Shown here: positions 1 to 11,716 of the stretch, piece after piece
Layout: each line of letters begins with the position of its first letter
Position numbering within the stretch: position 1 is the stretch's first letter
From: Staphylococcus phage vB_Sau_S24
Sequence record: KY794643.1
DNA: 64,000 nucleotides
Strand: one strand, 5' to 3'
Translations under genes and position numbers: made by a program
Notes under the pieces: model-generated
Told to the model about the DNA's origin: nothing
What the model saw: the letters and a program-made list of their open reading frames with translations, nothing else
Database searches by the model: none

Positions 1-91
1 ATAGTGTTGTCTTAGACTTAAGAGACTTAGACTTATGTTTTAGTGCTATAGAGTTACAATTACCTCTAATTAAAAAGGAGGCTAACGTATA

Positions 92-796
92 ATGAGATTT
101 AAGAAACATGTAGTCCAGTATGAAGAAACAATGCAAGCAATAGCACAAAGATACTACGGGGATGTTAGTTATTGGATAGACTTAGTAGAACATAATAACT
201 TAAAGTACCCTTATATAGTAGAAACTGATGAAGAGAAAATGCAAGACCCGGAAAGGTTAGCTTCTACAGGGGATACAATTATTATACCTATAGAATCTGA
301 TTTAACAGATGTATCCGCAAAGGAGATTAATTCTAGAGACAAAGATGTATTAGTTGAATTAGCTTTAGGAAGAGATTTAAATATTACTGCAGATGAAAAG
401 TATTTTAATGAACATGGTACTAGTGATAATATACTAGCATTTAGTACAAATGGTAATGGGGATTTAGATACTGTAAAAGGTATAGACAACATGAAGCAAC
501 AATTACAGGCACGTTTATTAACCCCTAGAGGTTCTTTAATGTTACACCCTAACTATGGCTCGGATTTGCATAATTTATTTGGTCTTAACATACCTGAACA
601 AGCTACATTAATAGAAATGGAAGTACTGAGAACATTAACATCAGATAATAGGGTAAAATCAGCTAACTTAGTTGATTGGAAAATACAAGGTAATGTTTAT
701 TCAGGACAATTTTCAGTAGAGATAAAATCTGTTGAAGAATCAATAAATTTTGTTTTAGGGCAAGATGAGGAAGGAATTTTTGCTTTATTTGAATAG
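92..796 (+). CDS. baseplate/tail-associated protein with N-terminal LysM-like motif
   Basis: 234-aa ORF; SD AAAAGGAGG 8 nt upstream; N-terminus 'YEETMQAIAQRYYGDVSYWIDLVEHNN' is LysM-like; sits at head of baseplate gene run. Confidence 0.5.
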   Translation: MRFKKHVVQYEETMQAIAQRYYGDVSYWIDLVEHNNLKYPYIVETDEEKMQDPERLASTGDTIIIPIESDLTDVSAKEINSRDKDVLVELALGRDLNITADEKYFNEHGTSDNILAFSTNGNGDLDTVKGIDNMKQQLQARLLTPRGSLMLHPNYGSDLHNLFGLNIPEQATLIEMEVLRTLTSDNRVKSANLVDWKIQGNVYSGQFSVEIKSVEESINFVLGQDEEGIFALFE

Positions 797-810
797 GAAA
801 GGATTAAATT

Positions 811-1857
811 ATGAAAACTAGAAAATTAACTAACATATTATCAAAATTAATAGATAAGACAATGGCAGGTACAAGTAAGATAACCGACTTTACCCCTGGT
901 TCAGCATCTCGTTCATTATTAGAAGCTGTATCCTTAGAGATAGAGCAATTTTATATCTTGACAAAAGAAAATATTGATTGGGGTATACAAGAGGGTATTA
1001 TTGAAGCTTTTGATTTCCAAAAGAGACAATCGAAAAGAGCTTATGGTAATGTTACCATTCAATTCTATCAACCCTTAGATATGAGAATGTATATACCTTC
1101 AGGAACAACTTTTACTTCAACACGACAAGAATATTCTCAGCAATTTGAAACATTAGTTGATTATTATGCAGAGCCTGACTCTACTGAGATTGTTGTTGAA
1201 GTTTATTGTAAAGAGACAGGAGTTGCAGGTAATGTTCCTGAAGGTACAATCAATACTATCGCATCAGGTTCTAGTTTGATTAGAAGTGTTAAGAATGAAT
1301 ATTCTTTTAATACAGGAACTAAAGAAGAAAGTCAAGAAGACTTTAAGCGTAGATTCCACTCTTTTGTAGAATCTAGAGGTAGAGCAACTAATAAATCCGT
1401 GAGATATGGGGCATTACAAATACCTGATGTAGAAGGTGTTTATGTTTATGAAGAAACAGGACATATAACAGTGTTTGCTCATGATAGAAATGGTAATTTA
1501 TCAGATACTTTAAGAGAAAGTATAATTAGTGCTTTACAAGACTATAAACCAAGTGGTATAATGTTAGATGTTACAGGTGTAGAAAAAGAAGAAGTTAATG
1601 TTTCTGCAACAGTAACGATATCTAATAAATCTAGAATTGGTGATACTTTACAAAAACATATTGAAGGTGTTATTAGAAGCTATTTAAATAATTTAAATAC
1701 TTCGGATGACCTGATAGTTACAGACCTTATTCAAGCTATAATGAATATTGATGATGTATTAATATATGATGTTTCATTTGATAACATAGATGAGAACATT
1801 ACGGTACCACCACAAGGAATTATTAGAGCAGGAGAAATAAAAGTAGAACTAAAGTAA
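811..1857 (+). CDS. baseplate J-like (wedge) protein
   Basis: 348-aa ORF with SD; size and position typical of baseplate J (gp6/gp47-like) proteins in SPO1/Twort-like phages; assignment by architecture only. Confidence 0.45.
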   Translation: MKTRKLTNILSKLIDKTMAGTSKITDFTPGSASRSLLEAVSLEIEQFYILTKENIDWGIQEGIIEAFDFQKRQSKRAYGNVTIQFYQPLDMRMYIPSGTTFTSTRQEYSQQFETLVDYYAEPDSTEIVVEVYCKETGVAGNVPEGTINTIASGSSLIRSVKNEYSFNTGTKEESQEDFKRRFHSFVESRGRATNKSVRYGALQIPDVEGVYVYEETGHITVFAHDRNGNLSDTLRESIISALQDYKPSGIMLDVTGVEKEEVNVSATVTISNKSRIGDTLQKHIEGVIRSYLNNLNTSDDLIVTDLIQAIMNIDDVLIYDVSFDNIDENITVPPQGIIRAGEIKVELK

Positions 1858-1877
1858 AGAGAGGTGAAACTTAAGTC

Positions 1878-4800
1878 GTGGCTAATTTTTTAAAGAATCT
1901 TCATCCATTATTAAGAAGAGATAGAAATAAAAAAGATAATCAAGACCCTAACTTTGCTCTAATAGAGGCACTCAACGAAGAGATGAATCAAGTAGAGAAA
2001 GATGCTATAGAAAGTAAGCTACAATCTTCCCTAAAGACAGCAACGAGTGAATACTTAGATAAATTTGGAGATTGGTTTGGGGTTTATAGAAAGACCGATG
2101 AAAAAGACGATGTTTACAGAGCAAGAATTATAAAATACTTACTCTTGAAAAGAGGAACTAATAATGCTATAATAGAAGCTATAAAAGATTATTTAGGTAA
2201 AGATGATATTGATGTAAGCGTGTATGAACCTTTTACAAATATTTTCTATACTAACAAATCACATTTAAACGGTGAAGACCACTTAATGGGCTACTATTAT
2301 AGATTTGCTGTTATTAATGTTTCTATAGGTGATTATTTTCCTGTAGAGATTATAGATGTAATCAATGAATTCAAACCTGCAGGTGTAACTTTATATGTCA
2401 CTTATGACGGGGCTTCTACTATTAGAGGTGGAGCAATTATTAAGTGGCTAGACGGACTACCTAAAATTGAAACATATCAAGAGTTTGATAGATTTATAGG
2501 TTATGATGATACATTTTATGGTCATCTTAATATGAATCAAAGTAAAGACAATGATAATAGTTCATCAGACATTTTTAAAACAAATCATAGTTTAATTAAT
2601 AGTTTAGATGTTTTAACAGGTTCCTCTAGTGTAGGTAGACAGTATGTTAACTACGGGTATGTAACATCATATGTTTATAACCCAAATATGACATCCTCTG
2701 TAAATCAAATAAGTTCTAGTACGGAAGGTAGAGGTCAAGAAGTACCTACTGACTACTATATGTATACTAGTACTAAGAATAACAATACAGTAGAACTAAA
2801 TATGCAAACTAGTTCCGGTGTGTCTTACTTATATAATAACTTTAATTTTAGAGATTATATGAGCAAATATAGACCTCAAGTAGATTTACAATCTGACGAA
2901 GCTAGAAGAATTGTATCCGATTATGTAAAAGAATTAAGTATTGATTACTACCTTAGTGCTGTAATACCTCCTGATGATAGTATAGAAATTAAACTACAAG
3001 TTTATGACTTTTCTATTAATAGATGGCTTACAGTATCAATTAATAACTTATCTTTCTATGAAAAAAATATCGGTAGTAATATAGGTTATATAAAAGATTA
3101 CTTAAATAGTGAATTAAATATGTTTACTAGACTAGAGATAAATGCAGGCAGAAAAGGTTCAGTAGATATTAAAGTTAACTACTTAGATTTAATGTTTTAT
3201 TACTATGAACGAGGAATTTACACAATAAAACCTTATAAAGCATTAGTAGAAAATTACGTAGATATATCTAGAGAGACTCAGGTAGAGGCATTTAAAATAT
3301 CTTCTCTTAATAATGGAGATATTATCTCTAAATCAGGTTACCAACCTATAGGATACTTGAGATTAACAGATGGTTATGATAATAGTATTAATAGGAATTT
3401 AATATATAACTCACAAGATATAGATAGACATATGCAATCATACAATAATGCTAATAAAGAAGTTACGAAATCTATTAATGGGTATTATAGGGTTAAATCC
3501 ACAGAAGGCTCTTCTGCTGTTAAATTACTTTATACTTTAAATGATATTATTCCTTATGTAAATGAAACTATATCTCTATCTTTTAAAATAAAAACACATA
3601 AACCTGTAAGATTTTATCTGAATGGTATAGTTATGCCTAGGGATATAAATTACTATTTAGATTCAGGAGAAGAACTATATATTAAAGTACCTGAAACTTA
3701 TTATGCATCGGGCTCTCCACAAATACAGTTTAGACCAAATGGCAGTGAAGACCTTGACTTTGAAATAAAAGATGTTAAAGTGGAGGTAGGTAGTAAGATA
3801 ACACCTTATCAACCTAACCCTGAAGATATTTATGGTGCAAATGACCCAAATCAAAATATAAACTTAGAAGTTAAAGATACAGATTCAAAAATCATAAGTA
3901 GTAAAGATGCTTCCTTGGAATTGAATTATAAGGGTAGAAATTTAATTCAGAGTAAAAAAATTAATAATAACAGTAACCTATCTTTGGGTAATTATGTGGT
4001 AGGAGATACTGAGCAACTAGATGTTCAAGGTTGGGCTGTAGGTTTATACTCTCAACAAAATACAACAGATGTTATTAAAAAAGGTGAAACATATACAATT
4101 AGTTATGATTGGGAGATGCTAGAAGAACCAACTACCACTAAACTAAATACACAAAACCCTAGAATAATTGTGTACCAAAGAGCTAATAGTGATACTGGTG
4201 TAAAAGCAAAAACATTAGCTAATACATCAGCTAGTAGTGATTATGCTTATAAACATATCCCTGTTGGAACTAAAGAGCATACTAAACTTACTTTCACTAC
4301 ACCTGTTGATATGGATAATGCAGAGATACTAGTTTATACAGGTATATTCACTCCATCAGGAGAAGTAGAGACAATAACTACAAGACAATTTTCTAAAGTT
4401 AGATTTTCTAATATTAAAATAGAAAAAGGCTCAACAGCAACACCGTATACAAGAGCTCCTGAAGATAACGTTCAATTTCTAGATAAAATAATAACATTAG
4501 GTAACATCAATACTAAGGTTCAGTCTATTGGAATTACAAATGACTTTATTATACCACCATCTTCTTTACAATATTCCTATTATGGTAATGATTGGGTTAC
4601 TTTAAAAGATATTGGAGAACTACCTCAAGGGGAAACAGTAACTACAAATAATTTAATAGACTTGTATGGATTACAAACAGTAGATTATTCTAATATAAAT
4701 CCAATGTCAAAGGTATCATTACGTTCTATTTGGAATGTTAAATTAGGTGAACTTAATAATATAGAGGGTTCTTTATCTAACATGTCTAATGATTATTTTA

Positions 4801-5453
4801 ATGCTGTATGGCAAGATATAGATAAACTATCAGATATTGATTTAGGTTCTATGAGAATAGTTAAAGATACTGAAGGTGGGGTATTTGACGGGGCTACAGG
4901 TGAAATTATTAAAGCTACTTTATTTGACGTTGGTGCTTACACTGATTTAGATATGCTAGCCTATACTTTAGCTAACTATACTGAACCATTGACTTTAGGT
5001 TCTAGTAGATTAATAAGTGAGCTAAAAGAAGAGTTACTGACAACGGAATCACTTAACATAGATAATAGAGTTAAAGTAATTGACTCAATATCTGAGCAAT
5101 TACCTAACACAAGTATTATTAAAAATGGATTTACAGAAAGAGATATAGCAGGTTCTCAATACCTAGACTATGAATTATATGAACCTATGGAATCAGGCAC
5201 TAAATATAAACTTATTGTCGAAGGGGAATTTAAAGATAATATAGAATTTATATCTTTATACAATTCTAATCCTAATTTTAATGAAACATTTATATACTCG
5301 TCAGAGATAATTAATGGAGTCGGTGAAAAAGAATTTATTGCAAAATCTTCTACTGAAGACAAACCAAGATTGAATACGGATGTTAGGATATATATAAGAC
5401 CTTATGATTCAACTACTTCTAAAGTAAGAAGAATAGAATTAAGGAAAGTTTAA
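1878..5453 (+). CDS. large baseplate / tail-fibre structural protein (GTG start)
   Basis: 1191-aa ORF, only possible start is GTG at 1878 preceded by GAGGTGA; N/S/T/Y-rich beta-structure-like composition typical of phage fibre/baseplate proteins. Confidence 0.5.
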   Translation: MANFLKNLHPLLRRDRNKKDNQDPNFALIEALNEEMNQVEKDAIESKLQSSLKTATSEYLDKFGDWFGVYRKTDEKDDVYRARIIKYLLLKRGTNNAIIEAIKDYLGKDDIDVSVYEPFTNIFYTNKSHLNGEDHLMGYYYRFAVINVSIGDYFPVEIIDVINEFKPAGVTLYVTYDGASTIRGGAIIKWLDGLPKIETYQEFDRFIGYDDTFYGHLNMNQSKDNDNSSSDIFKTNHSLINSLDVLTGSSSVGRQYVNYGYVTSYVYNPNMTSSVNQISSSTEGRGQEVPTDYYMYTSTKNNNTVELNMQTSSGVSYLYNNFNFRDYMSKYRPQVDLQSDEARRIVSDYVKELSIDYYLSAVIPPDDSIEIKLQVYDFSINRWLTVSINNLSFYEKNIGSNIGYIKDYLNSELNMFTRLEINAGRKGSVDIKVNYLDLMFYYYERGIYTIKPYKALVENYVDISRETQVEAFKISSLNNGDIISKSGYQPIGYLRLTDGYDNSINRNLIYNSQDIDRHMQSYNNANKEVTKSINGYYRVKSTEGSSAVKLLYTLNDIIPYVNETISLSFKIKTHKPVRFYLNGIVMPRDINYYLDSGEELYIKVPETYYASGSPQIQFRPNGSEDLDFEIKDVKVEVGSKITPYQPNPEDIYGANDPNQNINLEVKDTDSKIISSKDASLELNYKGRNLIQSKKINNNSNLSLGNYVVGDTEQLDVQGWAVGLYSQQNTTDVIKKGETYTISYDWEMLEEPTTTKLNTQNPRIIVYQRANSDTGVKAKTLANTSASSDYAYKHIPVGTKEHTKLTFTTPVDMDNAEILVYTGIFTPSGEVETITTRQFSKVRFSNIKIEKGSTATPYTRAPEDNVQFLDKIITLGNINTKVQSIGITNDFIIPPSSLQYSYYGNDWVTLKDIGELPQGETVTTNNLIDLYGLQTVDYSNINPMSKVSLRSIWNVKLGELNNIEGSLSNMSNDYFNAVWQDIDKLSDIDLGSMRIVKDTEGGVFDGATGEIIKATLFDVGAYTDLDMLAYTLANYTEPLTLGSSRLISELKEELLTTESLNIDNRVKVIDSISEQLPNTSIIKNGFTERDIAGSQYLDYELYEPMESGTKYKLIVEGEFKDNIEFISLYNSNPNFNETFIYSSEIINGVGEKEFIAKSSTEDKPRLNTDVRIYIRPYDSTTSKVRRIELRKV

Positions 5454-5461
5454 TAAATAAG

Positions 5462-5490
5462 TTGACAGAAAGTTAATAATATGGTATACT
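5462..5490 (+). promoter_or_regulatory. sigma70-type promoter TTGACA-N17-TGgTATACT
   Basis: -35 5462-5467, extended -10 5482-5490; -10 lies in palindrome ATGGTATAC(5481-5489)/GTATACCAT(5511-5519). Confidence 0.6.
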
Positions 5491-5548
5491 TATAAAGTAA
5501 TATTTAGTGGGTATACCATGTTATATTAATAAAGAAAACAACAGATGA

Positions 5549-6085
<537 letters not shown>

Positions 6086-6105
6086 AGAAAGGGAGATAAT
6101 TCTAA

Positions 6106-9100
6106 ATGGCAATTAATTTTAAAGGTTCACCTTATTTAGATAGATTTGACCCGTCTAAAGATAGAACAAAAGTATTATTTAATCCTGATAGACCTCTACA
6201 ACAGGCAGAATTAAATGAAATGCAGTCTATAGACCAATATTATTTAAAAAATCTAGGAGACGCTATTTTTAAAGACGGAGATAAACAATCAGGACTTGGA
6301 TTTACGTTATCACAAGATAATGAAGTAACAATAAATCCAGGTTATGTATATATCAACGGTAAAATAAGATACTATGATAACAATGACTCAGTTAAAATAA
6401 CTGGTGTAGGTAAAGAAACAATAGGTATTAAGTTAACAGAACGTATTATTACACCTGATGAAGATGCTAGCCTATTAGACCAAACTAGCGGAGTACCAAG
6501 TTACTTCTCTAAAGGGGCAGATAGATTAGAAGAAAAGATGACATTAACTGTTAATGACCCTACTTCAGCAACTATATATACCTTCATGGATGGGGATTTA
6601 TACATTCAATCAACTAACGCTGAAATGGAGAAAATAAATAAAGTGTTAGCTGAACGTACCTATGATGAATCAGGTTCATATAAAGTAAGTGGCTTTGAAT
6701 TATTCTCAGAGGGAAATGCTGAGTCTGATGACCATGTGTCTATAGTTGTAGATGCAGGTAAAGCATATGTAAAAGGTTTTAAAGTAGATAAACCAGTATC
6801 AACAAGAATTAGTGTACCAAAATCTTATGATTTAGGTACAGCAGAAAATGAAAGTACAATATTTAATAAATCTAATAACTCTATTAGTTTAGCTAATAGC
6901 CCAGTAAAAGAAATAAAACGTGTTACAGGGCAAGTTCTTATTGAAAAAGAACGAGTTACTAGAGGTTCAACAGGGGATGGTCAAGACTACTTATCCAATA
7001 ACACAGCATTTGAAATTGTAAAAGTTTGGACGGAAACAAGCCCAGGACAAACAACAAAAGAATATGTACAAGGAGAAGACTTTAGACTAACAGACGGTCA
7101 GACAATTGACTGGTCACCTCAAGGACAGGAACCTTCAGGAGGTACTTCATACTATGTTTCTTATAAATATAATAAACGTATGGAAGTCGGTAAAGATTAT
7201 GAAGTAACAACACAAGGTGAAGGTTTAGGTAAGAGATGGTATATTAACTTTACACCTTCAAATGGAGCCAAACCTATTGACCAAACAGTAGTACTAGTAG
7301 ATTATACTTACTACTTAGCTCGTAAAGATTCTGTATTTATTAACCAATACGGTGATATTGCAGTACTACCTGGTGAGCCAAATATTATGAGATTGGTTAC
7401 TCCACCTTCTAATAATGACCCTGAAAACTTGCAGTTAGGTACAGTTACAATATTACCTGATTCAGATGAAGCAGTTTGTATTTCCTTTGCAATAACTAGA
7501 TTATCTATGGAAGATTTACAGAAAGTTAAGACAAGAGTAGATAACTTAGAATACAATGAAGCAGTTAACGCTCTTGATGATGGGGCTATGGAAGGACAAA
7601 ACCCATTACACTTACGTTCAGTATTTAGTGAAGGTTTTATTAGCCTAGATAAATCAGATATCACACACCCTGACTTCGGTGTTGTATTCAGTTTTGAAGA
7701 TGCAGAAGCTACTCTAGCGTATACGGAAGCAGTAAATCAGCCTAAGATTATACCAGGAGATACAACAGCTCATGTTTGGGGTAGATTGATATCAGCTCCG
7801 TTTACAGAAGAGCGTACAATTTATCAAGGACAAGCATCAGAAGCATTAAACGTTAACCCTTATAATATCCCTAACAAACAAGGTGTGTTGAAACTAACAC
7901 CTAGTGAGGATAACTGGATTGATACAGAGAATGTAACAATAACAGAACAAAAAACTAAGAAAGTAACTATGAAACGATTTTGGAGACATAATGAAAGTTA
8001 TTTCGGTGAAACAGAGCAAATGCTCTATAATAACTTACAGTTAGATGCCGGACAAAAATGGGGTAACATGCAATCCAATGCAGGTGAAGCCTACCGTTAT
8101 GATACAAAATACGGACGAACAGGAACAATGCTTGCTTCAGGAGGACAACGTACTTTAGAAGAAATGATTGAATTCATCAGAATTAGAGATGTATCCTTCG
8201 AAGTTAAAGGATTAAACCCTAATGATAATAACTTATATTTATTATTTGATGGTGTAAGATGTGCTATTACTCCTGCAACTGGTTACAGAAAAGGTTCTGA
8301 AGATGGAACTATCATGACAGATGCAAAAGGAACAGCTAAAGGTAAATTTACTATTCCTGCCGGTATTCGTTGTGGTAACCGAGAAGTTACACTTAAGAAT
8401 GCTAACTCTACAAGTGCTACAACTTATACAGCCCAAGGGCGTAAAAAAATCGTTCAAGATATCATTATTAGAACTCGTGTAACAGTAAACTTAGTAGACC
8501 CATTAGCACAATCATTCCAATACGATGAAAACAGAACTATTTCATCATTAGGATTATACTTTGCTTCTAAAGGAGATAAACAATCTAATGTTGTTATTCA
8601 AATTAGAGGCATGGGAGACCAAGGTTATCCTAATAAAACAATCTATGCAGAAACAGTTATGAATGCAGATGACATTAAAGTATCTAATAATGCTAGTGCA
8701 GAAACAAGAGTATATTTTGATGACCCTATGATGGCTGAGGGCGGTAAAGAGTATGCTATTGTTATTATTACTGAGAACAGTGATTATACAATGTGGGTAG
8801 GTACTAGAACTAAGCCTAAGATTGATAAACCTAATGAGGTTATCTCAGGTAACCCGTACCTTCAAGGTGTATTATTTAGTTCATCAAACGCATCAACATG
8901 GACTCCACATCAAAACTCTGACCTTAAATTTGGTATTTATACTTCTAAATTTAATGAGACAGCAACAATTGAGTTTGAACCAATTAAAGATGTATCAGCA
9001 GATAGAATAGTTCTTATGTCTACGTACTTAACTCCTGAGAGAACAGGGTGTACATGGGAAATGAAAGTTATTTTAGATGATATGGCATCTTCTACAACAT

Positions 9101-9582
9101 TCGACCAATTGAAATGGGAGCCTATTGGTAACTATCAAGACTTAGATGTTTTAGGTCTAGCAAGACAGGTTAAACTAAGAGCAACTTTCGAGTCAAATAG
9201 ATATATCTCACCATTAATGAGCTCTAGTGATTTAACATTCACTACATTCCTAACAGAATTAACAGGTTCATATATCGGTAGAGCTATTGATATGACAGAA
9301 GCTCCTTACAATACAATAAGATTTAGTTATGAAGCTTTCTTACCTAGAGGTACTAAGGTAGTTCCTAAGTATTCTACAGATGATGGTAAAAATTGGAATA
9401 CATTTACTAAATCTGCTACAACTACTAGAGCTAACAATGAATTTACACGATACACTATTGATGAAAAAGTAAAATCATCAGGAACAAATACTAAACTACA
9501 AGTTAGATTAGACTTATCAACTGAAAATAGCTTTTTACGTCCTCGTGTTCGTAGACTTATGGTTACTACTAGGGATGAATAA
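6106..9582 (+). CDS. adsorption-associated tail protein / receptor-binding protein (1158 aa)
   Basis: long ORF with SD; N-terminal MAINFKGSPY anchor motif shared with downstream fibres; size and position match large RBPs of Twort-like Staphylococcus phages; followed by a clear rho-independent terminator. Confidence 0.5.
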   Translation: MAINFKGSPYLDRFDPSKDRTKVLFNPDRPLQQAELNEMQSIDQYYLKNLGDAIFKDGDKQSGLGFTLSQDNEVTINPGYVYINGKIRYYDNNDSVKITGVGKETIGIKLTERIITPDEDASLLDQTSGVPSYFSKGADRLEEKMTLTVNDPTSATIYTFMDGDLYIQSTNAEMEKINKVLAERTYDESGSYKVSGFELFSEGNAESDDHVSIVVDAGKAYVKGFKVDKPVSTRISVPKSYDLGTAENESTIFNKSNNSISLANSPVKEIKRVTGQVLIEKERVTRGSTGDGQDYLSNNTAFEIVKVWTETSPGQTTKEYVQGEDFRLTDGQTIDWSPQGQEPSGGTSYYVSYKYNKRMEVGKDYEVTTQGEGLGKRWYINFTPSNGAKPIDQTVVLVDYTYYLARKDSVFINQYGDIAVLPGEPNIMRLVTPPSNNDPENLQLGTVTILPDSDEAVCISFAITRLSMEDLQKVKTRVDNLEYNEAVNALDDGAMEGQNPLHLRSVFSEGFISLDKSDITHPDFGVVFSFEDAEATLAYTEAVNQPKIIPGDTTAHVWGRLISAPFTEERTIYQGQASEALNVNPYNIPNKQGVLKLTPSEDNWIDTENVTITEQKTKKVTMKRFWRHNESYFGETEQMLYNNLQLDAGQKWGNMQSNAGEAYRYDTKYGRTGTMLASGGQRTLEEMIEFIRIRDVSFEVKGLNPNDNNLYLLFDGVRCAITPATGYRKGSEDGTIMTDAKGTAKGKFTIPAGIRCGNREVTLKNANSTSATTYTAQGRKKIVQDIIIRTRVTVNLVDPLAQSFQYDENRTISSLGLYFASKGDKQSNVVIQIRGMGDQGYPNKTIYAETVMNADDIKVSNNASAETRVYFDDPMMAEGGKEYAIVIITENSDYTMWVGTRTKPKIDKPNEVISGNPYLQGVLFSSSNASTWTPHQNSDLKFGIYTSKFNETATIEFEPIKDVSADRIVLMSTYLTPERTGCTWEMKVILDDMASSTTFDQLKWEPIGNYQDLDVLGLARQVKLRATFESNRYISPLMSSSDLTFTTFLTELTGSYIGRAIDMTEAPYNTIRFSYEAFLPRGTKVVPKYSTDDGKNWNTFTKSATTTRANNEFTRYTIDEKVKSSGTNTKLQVRLDLSTENSFLRPRVRRLMVTTRDE

Positions 9583-9584
9583 AC

Positions 9585-9612
9585 TAGAGGGGTTGATTGA
9601 CCCCTCTTTATT
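9585..9612 (+). terminator. rho-independent terminator
   Basis: AGAGGGG-ttgattga-CCCCTCT followed by TTATTT, 3 nt after stop of 1158-aa gene. Confidence 0.65.
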
Positions 9613-9630
9613 TAATAAGGAGAGATTTGT

Positions 9631-9789
9631 ATGCCTAGAGAAGTTAGAGACCCTTATTCTCAAGCTAAGCTGTTTATTCCTACGGTTGAGGAAAAATCAA
9701 TTAAGGAATTAGAAAGAACATATAAGGAAAAAATTAATGAAGTTGATAGACTTCTTAATGAATTAAAGAAAGAGAGAGGAGAAAAATAG
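9631..9789 (+). CDS. small charged coiled-coil protein (52 aa), not in ORF track
   Basis: ATG at 9631 preceded by AAGGAGAG; 52 codons; stop overlaps start of next gene (TAGATG); K/E-rich. Confidence 0.4.
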   Translation: MPREVRDPYSQAKLFIPTVEEKSIKELERTYKEKINEVDRLLNELKKERGEK

Positions 9790-11703
9790 ATGGCATTTAA
9801 TTACACGCCTCTTACTGAAACACAAAAGTTAAAGGATATGTACCCAAAGGTAAATGCTATAGGTAACTTCTTAAAAACCGAGGTTAACCTTAGTGATATA
9901 AAATCAATAACTGGTGTGGATTTTAATAATATTCTAGACAAGATTCCTGATAGTGGTAACTATTATGTAACAACTTCTACAAACCAACCACCAGGGGAAA
10001 ATTGGAATGGTTTTGTACGATTAGATAAAAGAAGTAGTAATTATTACAAAATATACTATTCACCATTCAACAATAATAAAATGTATATTAAGACTTATGC
10101 TAATGGAACAGTATATGATTGGATTAGTTTTAAATTAGATGAAGGTAGCTTATATAATGAAGGTAATACTTTAAATGTAAAAGAACTTACTGAATCTACA
10201 ACACAGTATGCAACATTAGTTAATCCTCCTAAAGAGAACTTAAACACAGGGTGGGTTAATTATAAAGAAAGTAAAAACGGTGTTTCATCCTTAGTAGAAT
10301 TTAACCCTGTTAATTCTACATCCACATTTAAGATGATGAGAAAACTACCTGTACAAGAACAAAACCCTAATTTACTAAAAGATAGTTTATTCGAAGAAAC
10401 ACAGTATAACTTAAAACCATGGGGTTCAAGAAATAGTAATTGGAAATGGGATACAATAGACACATCTGACACCTCAATTACAAACGATATAAGTTTCGAA
10501 GGAAATAAAACAGCTAAGATAACTAACAATGGGACTGGGAAATATCCTATTATTAGAAGTAGAGAGCTAGAAATAGGTAAAGATGTACAACCTGGAGAAC
10601 AATTAACATTTTCTACTTACTTGTATGTTCCTAGTTTAGAGGCAATGAAAGATAATGCGTTTTATATACAAGTGGATAAATATACTGATGATTTACTAGA
10701 TGTTAACAACTCTATACAAAGTTCTAACTACTATAAAGCAGATTTAAAAGAGCAAGAGTGGCAAAGACTGACTGTAACAGTTACAGTACCTCCTATATCA
10801 GAAGCTAAATATATTGCTTGTGCTATGCGTATTACTACTGTTAACTCAGGTACAGGTACTGATATGACAGGTTACTATGCTTTACCTAAATTAGAAAGAG
10901 GCAGTAAAGCCACACCTTTCATAACACATCAAGACGATAAAGTACAATATGATGAGATTTGGTCTAACTGGATAGAAAATGTTGATGAACAATCAATATT
11001 AAATAACTATACTTCAGATGTAAATAAAGATAATTATTTTAAGTATGCATGGTTTACAGATGAAGTAAACGGTATGTCTTTAAAAGAACTTATAATGACT
11101 GTACCACAAGGATACCATACTTTCTATTGTCAAGGCTCTATTAATGGTACACCTAAAGGACGTTCTATAAGAGGGACAATACAATTAGATTATGATAATG
11201 GTGACCCAAATAATACTAATAAATTTATTAATGTACAATTTACAGATAGTCAGGGTGTAAACTTTATTCTTTATTATGGAGGACATAATATAGGATGGAA
11301 ACCTCTAAGACAACAAAGAGCAACTACAATACTTTGGGAAGGTACTTTGGATTACGGTTCAAAAGATACTATCCCTTTAAATGATTCATGGACTAATTAT
11401 GACCTACTAGAAGTTGTATACCTAACCCAATCAGCAGGGCACTATAAAACAATGTTTTTAGATTTAAGGACACCTACCACTCCGTACTTATATATACGAG
11501 ATTTTAATTTAGCTAACAATTCTACAGGTTCAGGAGTAGACTTCTTTGAAGGGTATGCATCTTTCCCAACAAATACTTCAGCAACACCTGCTATGTCTAA
11601 AAAGGTTACTTTAAATGGGTCTACAAATACATCATCTGTAGCATCTTATAATGAACAAGGATTAATAACTATATATAGAATAGCGGGAATTAACACACTT
11701 TAG
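9790..11703 (+). CDS. receptor-binding protein / tail fibre (637 aa)
   Basis: starts MAFNYTPLTE...VNAIGNFL, paralogous N-terminus to 12095 ORF (MALNFTTITE...VNNIGEEL); size matches second RBP of Kayvirus-like phages. Confidence 0.5.
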   Translation: MAFNYTPLTETQKLKDMYPKVNAIGNFLKTEVNLSDIKSITGVDFNNILDKIPDSGNYYVTTSTNQPPGENWNGFVRLDKRSSNYYKIYYSPFNNNKMYIKTYANGTVYDWISFKLDEGSLYNEGNTLNVKELTESTTQYATLVNPPKENLNTGWVNYKESKNGVSSLVEFNPVNSTSTFKMMRKLPVQEQNPNLLKDSLFEETQYNLKPWGSRNSNWKWDTIDTSDTSITNDISFEGNKTAKITNNGTGKYPIIRSRELEIGKDVQPGEQLTFSTYLYVPSLEAMKDNAFYIQVDKYTDDLLDVNNSIQSSNYYKADLKEQEWQRLTVTVTVPPISEAKYIACAMRITTVNSGTGTDMTGYYALPKLERGSKATPFITHQDDKVQYDEIWSNWIENVDEQSILNNYTSDVNKDNYFKYAWFTDEVNGMSLKELIMTVPQGYHTFYCQGSINGTPKGRSIRGTIQLDYDNGDPNNTNKFINVQFTDSQGVNFILYYGGHNIGWKPLRQQRATTILWEGTLDYGSKDTIPLNDSWTNYDLLEVVYLTQSAGHYKTMFLDLRTPTTPYLYIRDFNLANNSTGSGVDFFEGYASFPTNTSATPAMSKKVTLNGSTNTSSVASYNEQGLITIYRIAGINTL

Positions 11704-11716
11704 GAGGTTAGAGAAA

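Noticed and set aside
1-91. Direct repeat CTTAGACTTA x2 at 22-48
   Set aside because: It lies in the 3' end of an upstream gene truncated by the window edge. Too short and lacking context to interpret.
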